Positions 1 through 12,944 of a stretch of 64,000 nt of DNA are shown here, piece by piece. The notes beneath the pieces were generated by a model. The model had not been told where the DNA came from and searched no databases. It worked only from the letters and a program-made list of their open reading frames with translations. How positions within the stretch are numbered: the stretch's first letter is position 1; every line of letters starts with the position of its first letter. This DNA comes from Kudoa neothunni. Taxonomy: Eukaryota; Animalia; Cnidaria. A program made the translations under genes and the position numbers. Location: assembly GCA_964304625.1 (NCBI GenBank), contig OZ199839.1:8790221-8854220 (forward strand), written 5' to 3'.

Positions 1-2334
1 ACTTTACTTTAGGTGCCATATTGAGGATTGTACGCATTAAATCGCACGGTCGACGTTATTTCTGGGATTTCGTTAACTATATTTGTACCTTTTTTTTAAT
101 AAATTTCTTAATTTAATTATTGAAATTTTTGTGTTAATTTTTAAAGTTAAGAAAATTTAGATCAGTAAATATTAATTAAGATTCGAGAAAATGAGTTTTC
201 AATCGGCTAATAGGACAGGACTAAGCATCAAAAAAACAATTTTTTCACATCGTGTTTGTGTTTGGTCTCTCACTAATGTTAATAACAAAATTAAAGAATG
301 TCGAGCGCACATAATAAGCTAATTATGATAATTTCTACTTTTGCTACCGAATCCCGAATACAACACAGTCTGCACACGTGAAATATTCGTTAAATTGTCA
401 AAAACCAATAATAATAATAATAATAATACATTCTTTTGTCAATAAATTAACTTCCAAGTGATTAATAATTTCTAAAAACATTTTTAATAAAATTTCATTC
501 CCAGAATTTTTGATCCAAGCATTTTAAGTAACTTTCCATATGTTGTTATAAATTATCTACTCAATCATTTTTACAAATCTGCTATAAAATTGTTAAAAGT
601 ATGAAACAATAAAATAATATATTTTTTAGTTTTTATATTTTTTTGGTTAAATTATTTACGTTAGAACAAAAGTTATAATCGTTTTATCATTCTAATCTTT
701 TCATAAAAATTTTATAATGATCAAATGATTATCCTTTTGATTTCGTCATACTGGAAAATTGTTTAACAAAATTTAATGTCAAATAATTTTTTCAGATTCG
801 TATCTTAAAATAGTTAATTATATCCAATAAAAAGATGCGTAACATATAATACATTGGTTACATGATTTTTGGACACATACAATTTGCAAATGGCTTTATC
901 TAATTTTTTTAATATTTTTGCCAATTTATTATCATGTTTTAAATTATCTGTTTCGTAATGTTTGTAATTTATATATTTTAATTGGTTAATCGAAAGGATC
1001 AGCGTATTCTTGGATATAGTTTTAAGGAATTTTGCAATGCAGCATATTCTCAATCCTTGGACAAAAGTTGAACATTTTGCATTAGTATATATCCAGTAAA
1101 TGTAGATGTATAATAATTTAATTAATCCCACAAAATTCAGATAATCACCTCATTCTCGACATTTCGAGTAATATCGGAAATTTTCGCACATCAAGACTAT
1201 TTAATACTCGCATTTTTAAGCACGTTTGATGCGTCCTCCTGGAATATTCTCGATGCGAAAATTGTTGCAATAATGGTATTCTACTACTCATTGAAGAAGA
1301 TCAGCTTTATGTAAAAAAATAGGACAATTTTCAACTCATATTTACTAAAGATGGAGACGAAACCTCCCAAATTGACTCTGTTGTTCGCATATGAGGCAAC
1401 AGACCTTTTAAATATAGAACCACAAATGACAATGACATCTCATTAACCATAATAAGTTATATCTCTTGTTTAAATTTAAACCAATGTTAACATTAACACT
1501 TAGTTAATTTTATTTACATCGTTTTTAATTAAAATATCGTCTCATTAATTCATAGTTAAAATTAATATCGTTCGCTTTAGCGCCCAAATTAAACCATGAC
1601 ATTTTATTCGTTTATACACGAACATCAACGAATACACAAAAATGCATTGATTGATATAATGTTTGATTTCTAGAATTTATACAAATTACTTTTAAAAGAC
1701 ATTAATAAAACCTTTCATGTCGTTTGGAATATTAGAATGATAATTTAAGAGAAGTCGGTTACCTACTGTATAAATTTAATGATCGAGATAATCTCTTTTA
1801 TGCAATGGCGCTGGCACGATAATTAATCCGGATTACTGTATCTAAAGTTATTAATAGTCATATATGGAACTTTTAAAGTACATTTATCATGTTAATCATA
1901 GCAATAAAATTCTATGAACAGACACATTCACGCATACGTTAACCAAATAACTAATTTATATGAAAGCTTGATGGCATTTTTAAATTAACGTTTGATTAGA
2001 CCATATAAGAGGAGATGTTAACTTTCATTACTTATCACATTGAAGTAAACGACTTTAATACCATCGTTAAAATTGTGCAATCCGTTTAAAAAACTTAAAA
2101 CTGGTAAAATCATAATTTTCTGTATGAATTTGAAGCTTTTGAGGGGATATCAATAGTTAGAAGAATTTATGGAGCATCCTAAACTGTTAAATGTTTCATA
2201 AAAGTTTTTCTATAAAGAAAACATTATGTCACACATACACCGCTTTTTTTAATATAAAGTAGATTCAAGCGTATAGCATGCAAGACACGAGAATTTGAAA
2301 AAGAGAAATAAGTGAGAGAAGAAGTACGGCGTTT

Positions 2335-3912
2335 CTAGTCTGGGTAGAATGGAAACAGCGTGAATTCGGTAAACTTGTTTACGAGATGTCTAACAGTAGC
2401 CATAACATTCTGATTAGAAAGAATGTCATTGTGGTTGATAAATTTAAAGGTGAACAAAGAGCTGGCGCTATATTTATTTTGTTTCACCAGAGGATAACAG
2501 CTCAGAAGTTCATCTTTAGTTAGAGTTCCGTCACCCCATTTCATTTTATCAGAGCGCGGACCGGTGAGATAGTTGGCATCGTGGATGTACAAACCAGTTA
2601 TAGTTTGAACTTCTAAAGAGATTAGGCAAGCGAACGGAACTCCTATCTCGATTTCGTTATCCAACCAAATATCTGAAATATTTAAATTATTCATGATATT
2701 AAACATTCTTTCATTGTTGGCTTCTTGAAGTATAGTGGAATTTTTGAGTGACCACTTTTCCTCATTTTTTTCGAAAAATATCTAAGATAATTGTAAAAAA
2801 TTTGGATCATCAAGAAACTATATGGAAAATAATAATAATAAAGGTATATTACCGTATTTTCATCAAAGTGCGTTTTGCTTGGATGCAATAATCTTGTGGT
2901 AGGAAACGTGGAGATTATTTCATTAATTTTCATTTCCGGTGGTAGTTTCCATGTTCCCATAGGATCACCATATAGGGAGGCAACTAACGTAGAGAATGCA
3001 CCACCGAAAGGTGCAGATATACTCAACCAATTCTTTATGTATTTAATTTTCCATTCACGCGTTTTATTTTGGAAAAATAGGTTCATAATAACCCCACCAA
3101 AGCTGTGTGAGACAACACTAACTCGAAGTCCGATTTCTTCAAATAGACGTTCGATTTCATTAGTGAGGTTTTGGAAATAGTAGCCCAAATGCGGTTCAGC
3201 TTGGGAAAAAGTTTAGATGAATCATAGACTTTATTTTTGAATTTTTATTACTTGTAATCAATCTGAAATCAAACGGAGCTCCTCTAATGTCGTAGTCACG
3301 TTGATATCCACTTTGGACCATGTATTCGACAAATGGACCCAAATAATGACTGAACCAGGTTGGAGGAATTTCTGCCGGATGTTCAACTGAAGAAACTCTG
3401 CCAAATTCGCCGGTTTCAATGACGACTCCTTCTGGATTTTCCATGATGTTTTTCTCTTGGTTATATTGAAGTCTGGCCAAGTTAAGTCATTAATAGAACA
3501 TCAGCAGAAATACTTTAACAGGTAGGCACGACAAGTTGGTGACAATTCATCGTTCTCACTGAGCCAAAGTAAGGTTTTATTGGTTTTTGCTGGACAACCG
3601 TACTGAATTAGAGTTTCTGAGTCATACGTAACATAGAGCCTGCTTGACATTAATCCTGGGACTAGAATTTCGATTTCCAATAATCACATCAGTAAGCGAT
3701 TATTCAATAATACTCAACAAAATCGGGGTTTTTGTGCGGCATGAAATAGCTCTTGTTCTATTTTGGTTGCACGATCTGCCACCCCATATTTGTGAAATCC
3801 AATCTGACGATAAAATACACACCAAAAGCAACACCAAACCTAAACCATATCATATTGTATCATATCACTACGAACTTAAAGAATATTTGGCATATATACA
3901 GGACTTGGTCAT
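2335..3912 (-). CDS. LCAT / lysosomal phospholipase A2 (PLA2G15)-like secreted lipase, copy 1; multi-exon, reading frame intact
   Basis: Spliced translation: MTKSCIYAKYSLSLVLLLVCIL... (signal-like), PILLIPGLMSSRL, DIRGAPFDFR, VVSHSFGG (nucleophile), WLSISAPFGG, GDGTLT (Asp), INHNDIL (His). Five GT-AG introns restore a continuous frame; ATG at 3910-3912, TAG at 2335-2337. Confidence 0.9.
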
Positions 3913-5040
3913 TCTTATTTTTTGTTGATGATTGATTAGGTCGGTGAATGGAGATTTTATAGTAGATTTTTATCAGCTGATATCAACATTCATGATACGT
4001 TTAGAATGATTAGATTTTTAAACACAACGAAAAATCTCCATTTCATATTAATATTAACTTAAATTCAAAAATCAGATAATATGTCCAAAAAAATCCATCA
4101 ATAAACCTAATACACAGAACAAACATAAAATGAGTTATTTATTAGAGAAAATAAATTGATTCAAGATATGAATAAATTTAATCATTAGATAGAGGAAATA
4201 TGACCGATAAAATAGATCAGTCAAATAGTCAGCTAGTCTATAAATATGTACGTTATTTTTTTCGGAAATTGAAGCCAAATAAAAATATGATACATCATTA
4301 TTTAGGTTATTTATTTAATGATTTAATTTAAATTATTCTAATTACAATACACATGCGTAAAATCATTCTTTATTATATTTCCAATAGATAAAACACCCCA
4401 ACAAATCATAAAGGTTCACTATCACAAGAATCTCCTTATTGTCGAATGAAAATATATCCATTACAATACAAAATAATCCAATAATTACAATTGCTTCACT
4501 TTATTGTCGGAGAGGGGTGGCTACTGATCAAATAATCAATTTAGATAAATTATGCTGATATTTTTATTTTAAATTGCCGACTAATCGATATATATACGAT
4601 CAGTCAACAATACATAGATCAACATAATTAAATTTGATTACCTCAAAAGTTGTTAAAATATTTTTACTACAAATATGATTTAATTTAACGCAGTCAAAAC
4701 AACAACAACAACAATAATAATTTCCTAATGATTAATAATTACTTAAAGCTTATCAGAACAAATGTCAAATCGCCGCAAGTATTGCATTACAATTTCGGAG
4801 AGTATGTTTTCTAATTTCGGTCAGCGATAAACAGAATCTAATACAGAATTCGATTAAATTAAAAAAATTACGATAAAAAATATTTTTAATAACTTGCAGC
4901 AGATAATCAAACTGATCAAACGTGATGCGATGCAGTCCAATCGTTATAAAATCTCGCATAAAATCTATCAAAATCATGATTTAAGCGCCAAATTTTACAG
5001 CAAAAACACTTCCATTAGATAACTCAAACACACATATTCA

Positions 5041-6691
5041 CTATAGAATAGATACAGTTGATCGAGGTAGGAATCCATCAGACAGATGGTAAAGGTTGGG
5101 TTGGTCTCCCCCAACAAAAAATCCCTAAAATGCAGAATAATGACAATGATAAGTTAAGAATAGATAAAAAGTCAGATGTATAACAACTCTGTCATGGCCA
5201 TTCTCATTATATTCAGTAAAAGATGTGATAGAATTGAGTGGAGAATGATAGTTCAATTTAACTTGACCCAACAAATTATAACGACTAATAAATCCATTAT
5301 TTCCAACAGCAACAATCTAGAAAAATCTAATGCTAACCGAGTTAAAATCCCAATGGGCATTACATCAGAATCACAAAAATCTAATTGATTTGTGGAGTGG
5401 TTGGGTTCTGCCAAGACTTCAACCAACGAACATGTCTTTATATGCCATAAACTCATACGCGGACCACCAGAAGCAACCTAGACACGTTGCAATTTTAGAA
5501 AATCTGTAGCAGAAACCGAGGTGAACTACCAACCAACCGTCATCATGAACCGCTATGTGGCTGATGGATTTTGCCATACCACCACTCCATAGAGTCTAAC
5601 AGTTTAATAGTTGAAAAATAAAAATCCTCAACTACTTCATTCTTAAATGGGCTTAGTGTGAGATCAGGTCCATTCAAATTGGAACGTGAATCTGAATGTC
5701 ATAAATGAATACACCTCATTACACTCAAATGTGGCTACCATAAAAATAAATATGCCCCTCCGAGGTACACACAACACAACAGTTGTTAGATTGTTTAACC
5801 GAATTGGCACTTGTTAGAAAACAACTCGTAAGTCTATCGATATTCTACACCACCAAATATACACACGGTGTAGAAATTAGAAACTTGGAATAATGAATTT
5901 TATACAGTGACTTTCTGAGTCTCCAAATCAACACTGCACAAACCGTAATCGTTTACACAACAAATCAAATTCTAACGTCAACTTATAGCAAAATTTATTC
6001 ATCGCATGAGCATACATTATCCACCACGCACAAATCATTAACTACCATTAGCTTATCATTTGGTCGTCTTAAAATTAAATGAATTTAGTTAATTTTAAAT
6101 CTCTCCACCTATTCAATAATCTAATCATATCGTATGTGGAATTCTTTCGTAGCACGGTCTATATATCTTCAAAAATTTTAATGTGTAAACTCAATACTCC
6201 AACACAAGCATCTTCCGTATAACCCCAACAATTTATTTGATTTACGCTAGCGCTACAATTTATAATGAATAATTATTAGTTGGGTTTGAGGTTGGTGGAC
6301 AATGCTACCTAAAATAATTTTCGTTGTTTTGGTGGATGTGACTGATTGGATAGAATTCGTCATTATCTAAAAATAGGGGGTGCAGTTACCGTGACACCTA
6401 TAAACAACTACCTCGGAAACTGTACAAATGTGTGAAGGCCACCGAATAATTGTCACACATATCAGTGCCAATTTTTTGTAAGGGTTCGTAAACACTTTCA
6501 GAACTGATGATTTGGTTCATTCTAGATAAATGTGGGTGGGGTTGGTGAAAAAAACCAACATTTGTAAAATACTTTTTCAATACCGAAATCAAACCAATGT
6601 TACTACCAACTATAACATGCTGATGTTGAGTGTTGGTAGCTAGGGAAAGTGTGGAATAGAAGGAGGGGTCGATTGGTGCAAGAGAATTCAT
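5041..6691 (-). CDS. THOC6: THO complex subunit 6 homolog (WD40), roughly a dozen small exons
   Basis: Spliced translation has FYSTLSLATNTQHQHVIVGSNIGLISVL at the N-terminus and SISHIAVHDDGWL|VASGGPRMSLWHIKT...IVAVGNNGFISRYNLLGQVK near the C-terminus. This matches remembered THOC6 motifs ([27 protein letters not shown]...LILSAG...NQWQLSGELK). Confidence 0.75.
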
Positions 6692-7480
6692 TAAGAGGTT
6701 GGGGGTGGGCTTAATATGGACTCTGCGCGCGCTTGATTTGTTTACCACCGATAATTTGTTATTTAAAAAAATATAATGGGATCTGCTTCATTATATCAAC
6801 CAAAAAATAATAATTCATTTTGGTTTTAAGATATTTAGTGGATTGATTCTAATTTCAAGTAATGGACTAATCCTCCAGCCTGAATATTTGTAAATGAAAG
6901 TTACGCGAATATCTTAAAATGATTACATGCTAATTTATTAAAAAATTGTAAAAATTAATGTGAACTTTTTATCTATACTTTTGTGGATTTCTATGAGTGA
7001 TCAAAAAATTATACTTACAGTAGAGCAGTGTTTCCCTAGAGGACACGGGGTGCCCGCACTCCCTAGATTTGCAAAAAGCCACCGTTGAGGATGCGGAAGT
7101 CATTATGGAATAAATGACTAAAACTTAATATTGATTTATTTATTGCGTAATTTTTGTTAGTCCCAGTTTAAATTATATAAAGACATAGTGGGTGGAATAA
7201 TATTTTCGGGTATTTTGTTATCGATTAATAACTATTCGAAAATGAGATATAAAATTTATCTAATTTATAATTTATTTTAATTCAAATTTAAATAGATTGG
7301 TAATATAAAATAGATCATTTATTAATAAATACAGTCGTGTCTCTATTTTGTGTAATATTTTCGAACCGGGGAAAATCATACCATATTGTGTCATCTGTGG
7401 AAGCTTGATAACTTCTAATTTAACATTTCTTACAAAATAACTCATTAATCTATAATCTTTTATTAATTTTTTATTAATTT

Positions 7481-8297
7481 ATTGATTGTTTTGCGCAAGG
7501 CATCCTGAATTTGACGTGGAGAAAATAACTCAATAGGATTTTAAATGACATACGTTTTTTCGCGGATTTACAAGTTTTTATACCTGAAACATTGTAACAA
7601 TTTCTTTGTTGTGTTTGATGAGATCAGAATCTTCACTGCAAAAAACAATCTCATTACACATTATTATCTACACATATGAATATTAAAATTTTTCAATAAA
7701 AATGAAGAAAAATTGATTATTTTTGTTTCAACATGTTTAAATAATCAAATGAGACATATTTATGCGTAGTATTAATATCTAATTGGCTTTTAAGCGGTGA
7801 ATTATTCCCTGATAAATTGGTTGCATCATATTAGCAGTTTTTTGATAGAAGTAGGAGCTGGATGTTTTTGAAATAATCCTTCGAATAAGGATAATATGAA
7901 CATTGTTATAATAAAATAAAATCTTTATTGTTTTCTTTAATGAATCTCTGTTTTGTATCTCTGAAGATCTGATAAAATATAGATGAAGTTAATCAAACAT
8001 TCATTTGCGAATGACATTAAACTGAAAGTTCTTTAATTCCCATAAAACAGCGATTTTTCATAAAATTTTAGTATTATGTGTAATTGAAATTTTTTTCAGT
8101 CATTGTAGAAGTGATAAACATCGTAGCACGCTTTTGAATTGCTTTACACCATTACATTATTGTGCTAATTTTTAATAGTGGAGGTACGCTGTATTAGCTG
8201 TTCATCAAAATGAGCCGTCTAGTCCAAATTTAATATGTTTTCGGTATTGTATCTTGAGTTTTTCAGACCCAAACGCCCCCTTTTGCAATTATTAAAC
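7481..8297 (-). mobile_element. Degenerate pogo/Tigger (DDE_1) transposase fragment, copy 1
   Basis: Direct repeat of ~27648-28688. The minus strand encodes ...KTANMMQPIYQGII..., resembling the PPNTTSxxQPxDQGII motif. Contains stops and frameshifts. Confidence 0.65.
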
Positions 8298-8952
8298 TAA
8301 CTATCGGTTCCTTTGTAATCTTCTATTCAAATATCTTGGGTAATAACACAAAATTTTTCGATTATTAAAAAACTAGGTAATAGTTTGTTCTCGCGTGGAA
8401 ACTACCCAACTGGAAATATTATTTTAGTATCTTTGTATTTTGGAGGTTTAAATATTTTTAAAAATTTTGGTATGTTTGAATATATCGTTGTTTCGTCTGG
8501 TTTAAACAAACTTCTATAAAGATTTAAATAACCTATTTTAAATTATCGAACAATATTGAAGATAATATAATTTGGTTAACCGGAACGTTTTACAGTAATA
8601 TCATTAGCTCCCGATATAGACTTCAAAAAATTATAATAATCAATTATTTTTATTATCTCTTCATTAGTTATTTGAGAACTTGCAGTGTTTTTTATAGTAC
8701 ATCCAACAGATTAAAAGGAGTAACCGAAAAAATAAGTTAAGCAATAGTGTGACACAAGGTTTTTCCTAATTTGCTTTATATCCGCTTGTTCAAAATTTTT
8801 GTTTTTTCGTGTAATTATCCATTTATGAGTACTAAATATGATTTTACTGTTTTATTTAGCGAATTAAAGCACATAATGCTATAAAAACTAAATTACGTAG
8901 TATCGAGGCACAACTGAAATTGATTTTCAACAAAATATTAGGGTTGAAAACA

Positions 8953-9985
8953 TACTGTGTGGATCCAACGCAAAAATAGCTCGAGTACAGCGTTTAATCT
9001 AAACTTTGCAAAAAATAATGGATGGAACGTTAATTTTAGCTAAATAAAACCACTTTACACTACCAAAAAACTCGAAATTATAAGGTTTTGCGAGTTCATA
9101 TCATATATTAAGGATGCCAAGTTCAATTTTTGTATCTTTTCTTGAAAAATAGAATAGAAAACTCATTGTTTCGTAAGAGAAACAATTTTGTTATTTCTGG
9201 ACTATTTATAAACACACCAACAAAATATTTGTCTATTATAACACTGCCATTTTTCTTCGAACACAACCAGTGTGCTACAGTCACAGGATCATGGAATTGC
9301 TAAAATTTTAAAATGATGCTCAAAAGAAATCTAACGACGTCATCCATATGTCAGATCGGATCTCAAGATCGTGGCTACATTGCAACCAATGTCTTAGGTG
9401 TTATTCATTTGACAATCAAATTATGGGAATACATTAAAACGGAGACCATAGTTAACTGCTTTAGGAAATCAATTGCCCTCTCTGAAAATCCACTAAATGA
9501 TGATTTCTATGATGATCCTGATGATGATCAATTTAAACATGGCATAATTGAGCTTATTGAAGAGGAGAAATCATTAGAATTAACAAATATTATTGATGAA
9601 ACCCTTGAATGCAAAATAGTCGACACCTCTGAAATTTTGACAACACTAGATTTTCCTGATTTTGACATGGTTGATGACGACTCTGATTATATTGATAAAA
9701 TTAATATATCAGACCAAGAGTAACTACATTAATTGGCAAAAGTTAGAAACCTCTTTCTAAATAAAATTTTGTCAATGTTTGACAATATAAACCCAACTTA
9801 AAATGGCTGACTCAATATTTGAACAATTTTTTCTTAAAAATAAATTATTATTGATTATATTATCGATTGAAAACTGTTATTTTCCCCTAACGTGTGCGCT
9901 ATTCGAACGTGTCCAGCTAAAAAATGGATGCAACGCAATGGTTTTCATCTTCCCAATTTCCGCGTTGCATCCATACACTATTGTA
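8953..9985 (+). mobile_element. Internally deleted pogo/Tigger-like DNA transposon with imperfect TIRs
   Basis: The ends TGTGTGGATCCAACGC and GCGTTGCATCCATACA are inverted and flanked by TA. Internal peptides SSNTTSVLQSQDHGIAK and IKLWEYIKTETIVNCFRKS are typical of the Tigger DDE_1 C-terminal half. Confidence 0.75.
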
Positions 9986-11654
9986 TGTTTAAGCTGTAAT
10001 TAGGTTATCAGCATTTCTCACTACTTCGAAATAATATATATCTTTAAAAATAAAACCACGATGTGGTTTTAATTTTTTCATCTATCTAAATTTGAGATCC
10101 ACCATTTAAATGTATATTATTCATTATGTTACATTTGAAGTTTTGCGTTTGAATTTGTTCCTGATCTCTGATATGAATTTTGACTAAATTATCTTTAAAA
10201 TGTTGGTACAACCAGAATCAGCACATTCATTTATGCAGTTAAATTAATAAATGGAAATCTTAACAGAATATATTAGTTATTTTAATTCATGTACATTAAG
10301 AAGGCATCGGTTTTGGATTTTTTGAATTTATTTTAACCCGTTGTCTCGATGATAAACCAAAATCCGACTCAATATAGAATAAGGAATTCGTTTGGTTTAT
10401 CCGGCATAAGATGGTATACAAGACAGGCTTCTCGACTCTATTGTATACAAATAAAAAGTATCGGAATTCTCTGAAACGCCAAACTATTTACAAGCATCAT
10501 TGACCAACGATGTGTCACGCTTTGAATTACCGATCAAATACCGGCGAGAGCAAGGAAGCCTATAGTTCAATTCAATATCAAATAATATTTTTTTTATTTG
10601 GCTTATTTAAATTTCTCCTTTAATTACAGAACTTAATCAAGCGACTATAACATTTTTTATTATAATTCAATAATATTTTTATATAAATCTTTTGTTTCTA
10701 ATATTTTTTTTAATAATTATAAGAACATTTTTTAGTAAGAGTTATGTATTACTTCACCTAAAAACGGTATGTTCAAGCATGAAAAATAATAGCCTCAATC
10801 GTTGATTATTAGACCATAAGGCTGGAGAAGATATTTATTCTTTTTCAATTGCGCGTAGAAAATTGAGTTAACAAATAAATTTTTGATTTAATTATTATCA
10901 TCTTGGAAATAATTAGGAAAATTCAAAATATCGTTTAAAATAATAGATAAAATTGAGCTTTGACTTTCACATGGAGGAGGGATGCGAGGTGGGCGAGGAA
11001 ATTAAGCATAGTTTAGATTTAATTTGAAACTTTTTCGGTTATTAAACGTACATATTATAAAAACGAAAAGAATTAAAACACATAATTGCAACGATATAAG
11101 GGAACCTTTGTAATTTACTAGAGCAAATAAACATGTCTATTGTTAATCCTATTAATCCCATAAATCAAAAATATATAAGTCCACAATGGTGACATTTTAT
11201 AAACTCGTAATTTATAAATTAATATGTGAATATTTTATTAGCCTAAAATTAATTTTTGGTGAAATCACAATGTTACAAACACATTAACTAAACAGGAGTT
11301 TATTTACTGAGTTCAATTTAGATTGATTAAAGATAATAAACTTTTGAATCATTTTTACTAATGAAATATAAATAATAAGTTCAATACTTCCATATGTACA
11401 TTAACTATTTAATGTTGGAAATATGTTGAAACTGGAAAATCAATAATCTGGGGATACCTATGGGAAAAGAGAAATTTATGTCTGCATTTTTTATAGATCA
11501 ACATATAAGAATGAATAATATTAATCTTGCGAAAATTATTTTAGCAGGTAGCTTCTTGTTGATAAAAATAATCAACATACGTTTATGTCAAAATTTAGAA
11601 ACGATTTAAATATATTTATTTCGATCTACGAGACGAGTGGAACATCATGAATCA

Positions 11655-12944
11655 TTAACCTTCTAAGTAACAATTAATCAGACCTTCTCAGAGTATAATT
11701 GGGACCCCAAAATTGTTTCGTGAATTCGTTTAATACTAGTGTTTCTTGTCAACTAACAGAATTATAATTTTAAGAAATATTTTGTTGTTAATAAATTATC
11801 GTTTGATTTTGTCTAACGCATGCACCTCTATGAAATGTTCCCATATAAATAGGACGACTGATTATTTTAAAATGACTCCTGATGGAATTCGTTAGTAACT
11901 CCACAAACACATAATATAGATGCTGGATCTACCAAAAGTAAAACTTTTAAGCCGTATCTTGTTTGTTTGCATTTTATATATTGTCAATAAGAGCAGTCGC
12001 CCCTAAAAAAACCAAATTGCTCATCACGACATATTTTCTCCGCGGTTATAATTTTTGTTTGCCACGTTAACCTAAATGTTCCATATTTCTCTAATTGGGG
12101 GAAATTTATCGTTTAGCTGCCGTTTCTCCTTAGTTTCTGCATTATCAAAGTGGAGCGCTCTTGTTAGTTGCCTGAATCTGTAATCTGTACAAGGAAAAAG
12201 ATCTTTGTATATCCTCCTACCTTCGTCACAACTAAATATTTATATAGTAGGCTCTTGATTATCCTTATAGGTAGTTATGTATAATAAACAGCCAACAAAA
12301 CCATGCATTTCATCAACCGAAACATCTTCCAGTTATTTCCATAATGAATCTTACCACACTGATTAGTGCAGTTAATTTTTCGTTCCACTGTTTCCCTTAG
12401 GAAGAAATGATGAAAACATCATGCGATACTAAAGATCCCTTGTGCGACATACATAGTCACACCATAAAGAAAATTCATTTTATTTTCTGCTGCCACCTTG
12501 GTTTGATTTCACTCCATAAATTGTTGTTTTTGTTTACAAGCAAATCGTTTTTTTCATCACACACGATATTATCATCATTCTCATCGCTGACAGTCCCCTT
12601 CAAGTAAACTAGGTCGGGTGTTTGATTTTCATTAGTGTCAATACTATCCTCGTTATTTTTCCAAAAGAAACCCATGCTTACACAATAGAAACTTGCATAT
12701 GGGGGCTTGCGCGACGAAAAATTGTTTGTTAGATTTTGGAATGTAATATATGGTTAAATTCAATTTATATTTAAAAAATAATAATATTTTTTTAGAATAT
12801 TAAAAAAATTCTAATCCTCTAAAGATAAACGTGTTTTACGAGAATAGAAGAAGTTTGAATTCTAATTATTACATAATGGCTGAGAAAACAGGATGACAAT
12901 CTCGTTTTGGTTCCAAATGGACCCCAGTTAACTTAAAGGGTTAA
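11655..12944 (-). mobile_element. Degenerate piggyBac element
   Basis: TTAA-flanked imperfect TIRs: TTAACCTTCTAAGTAAC and GTTAACTTAAAGGGTTAA. Minus-strand remnants DEMHGFVGCLL, RALHFDN, DKFPPIREIW, FRGDCSY*QYIKCKQTRYGLK are DDE_Tnp_1_7-type. Confidence 0.8.

Noticed and set aside
814-1395. 105-aa minus-strand ORF, or a plus-strand gene remnant
   Set aside because: Low-complexity ORF with a non-ATG start. Plus-strand exon-like pieces contain stops and inconsistent phases, and no family was recognised.
10965-11005. GGGMRGGRGN* RGG-like coding snippet
   Set aside because: Too short, and no upstream exons could be linked.
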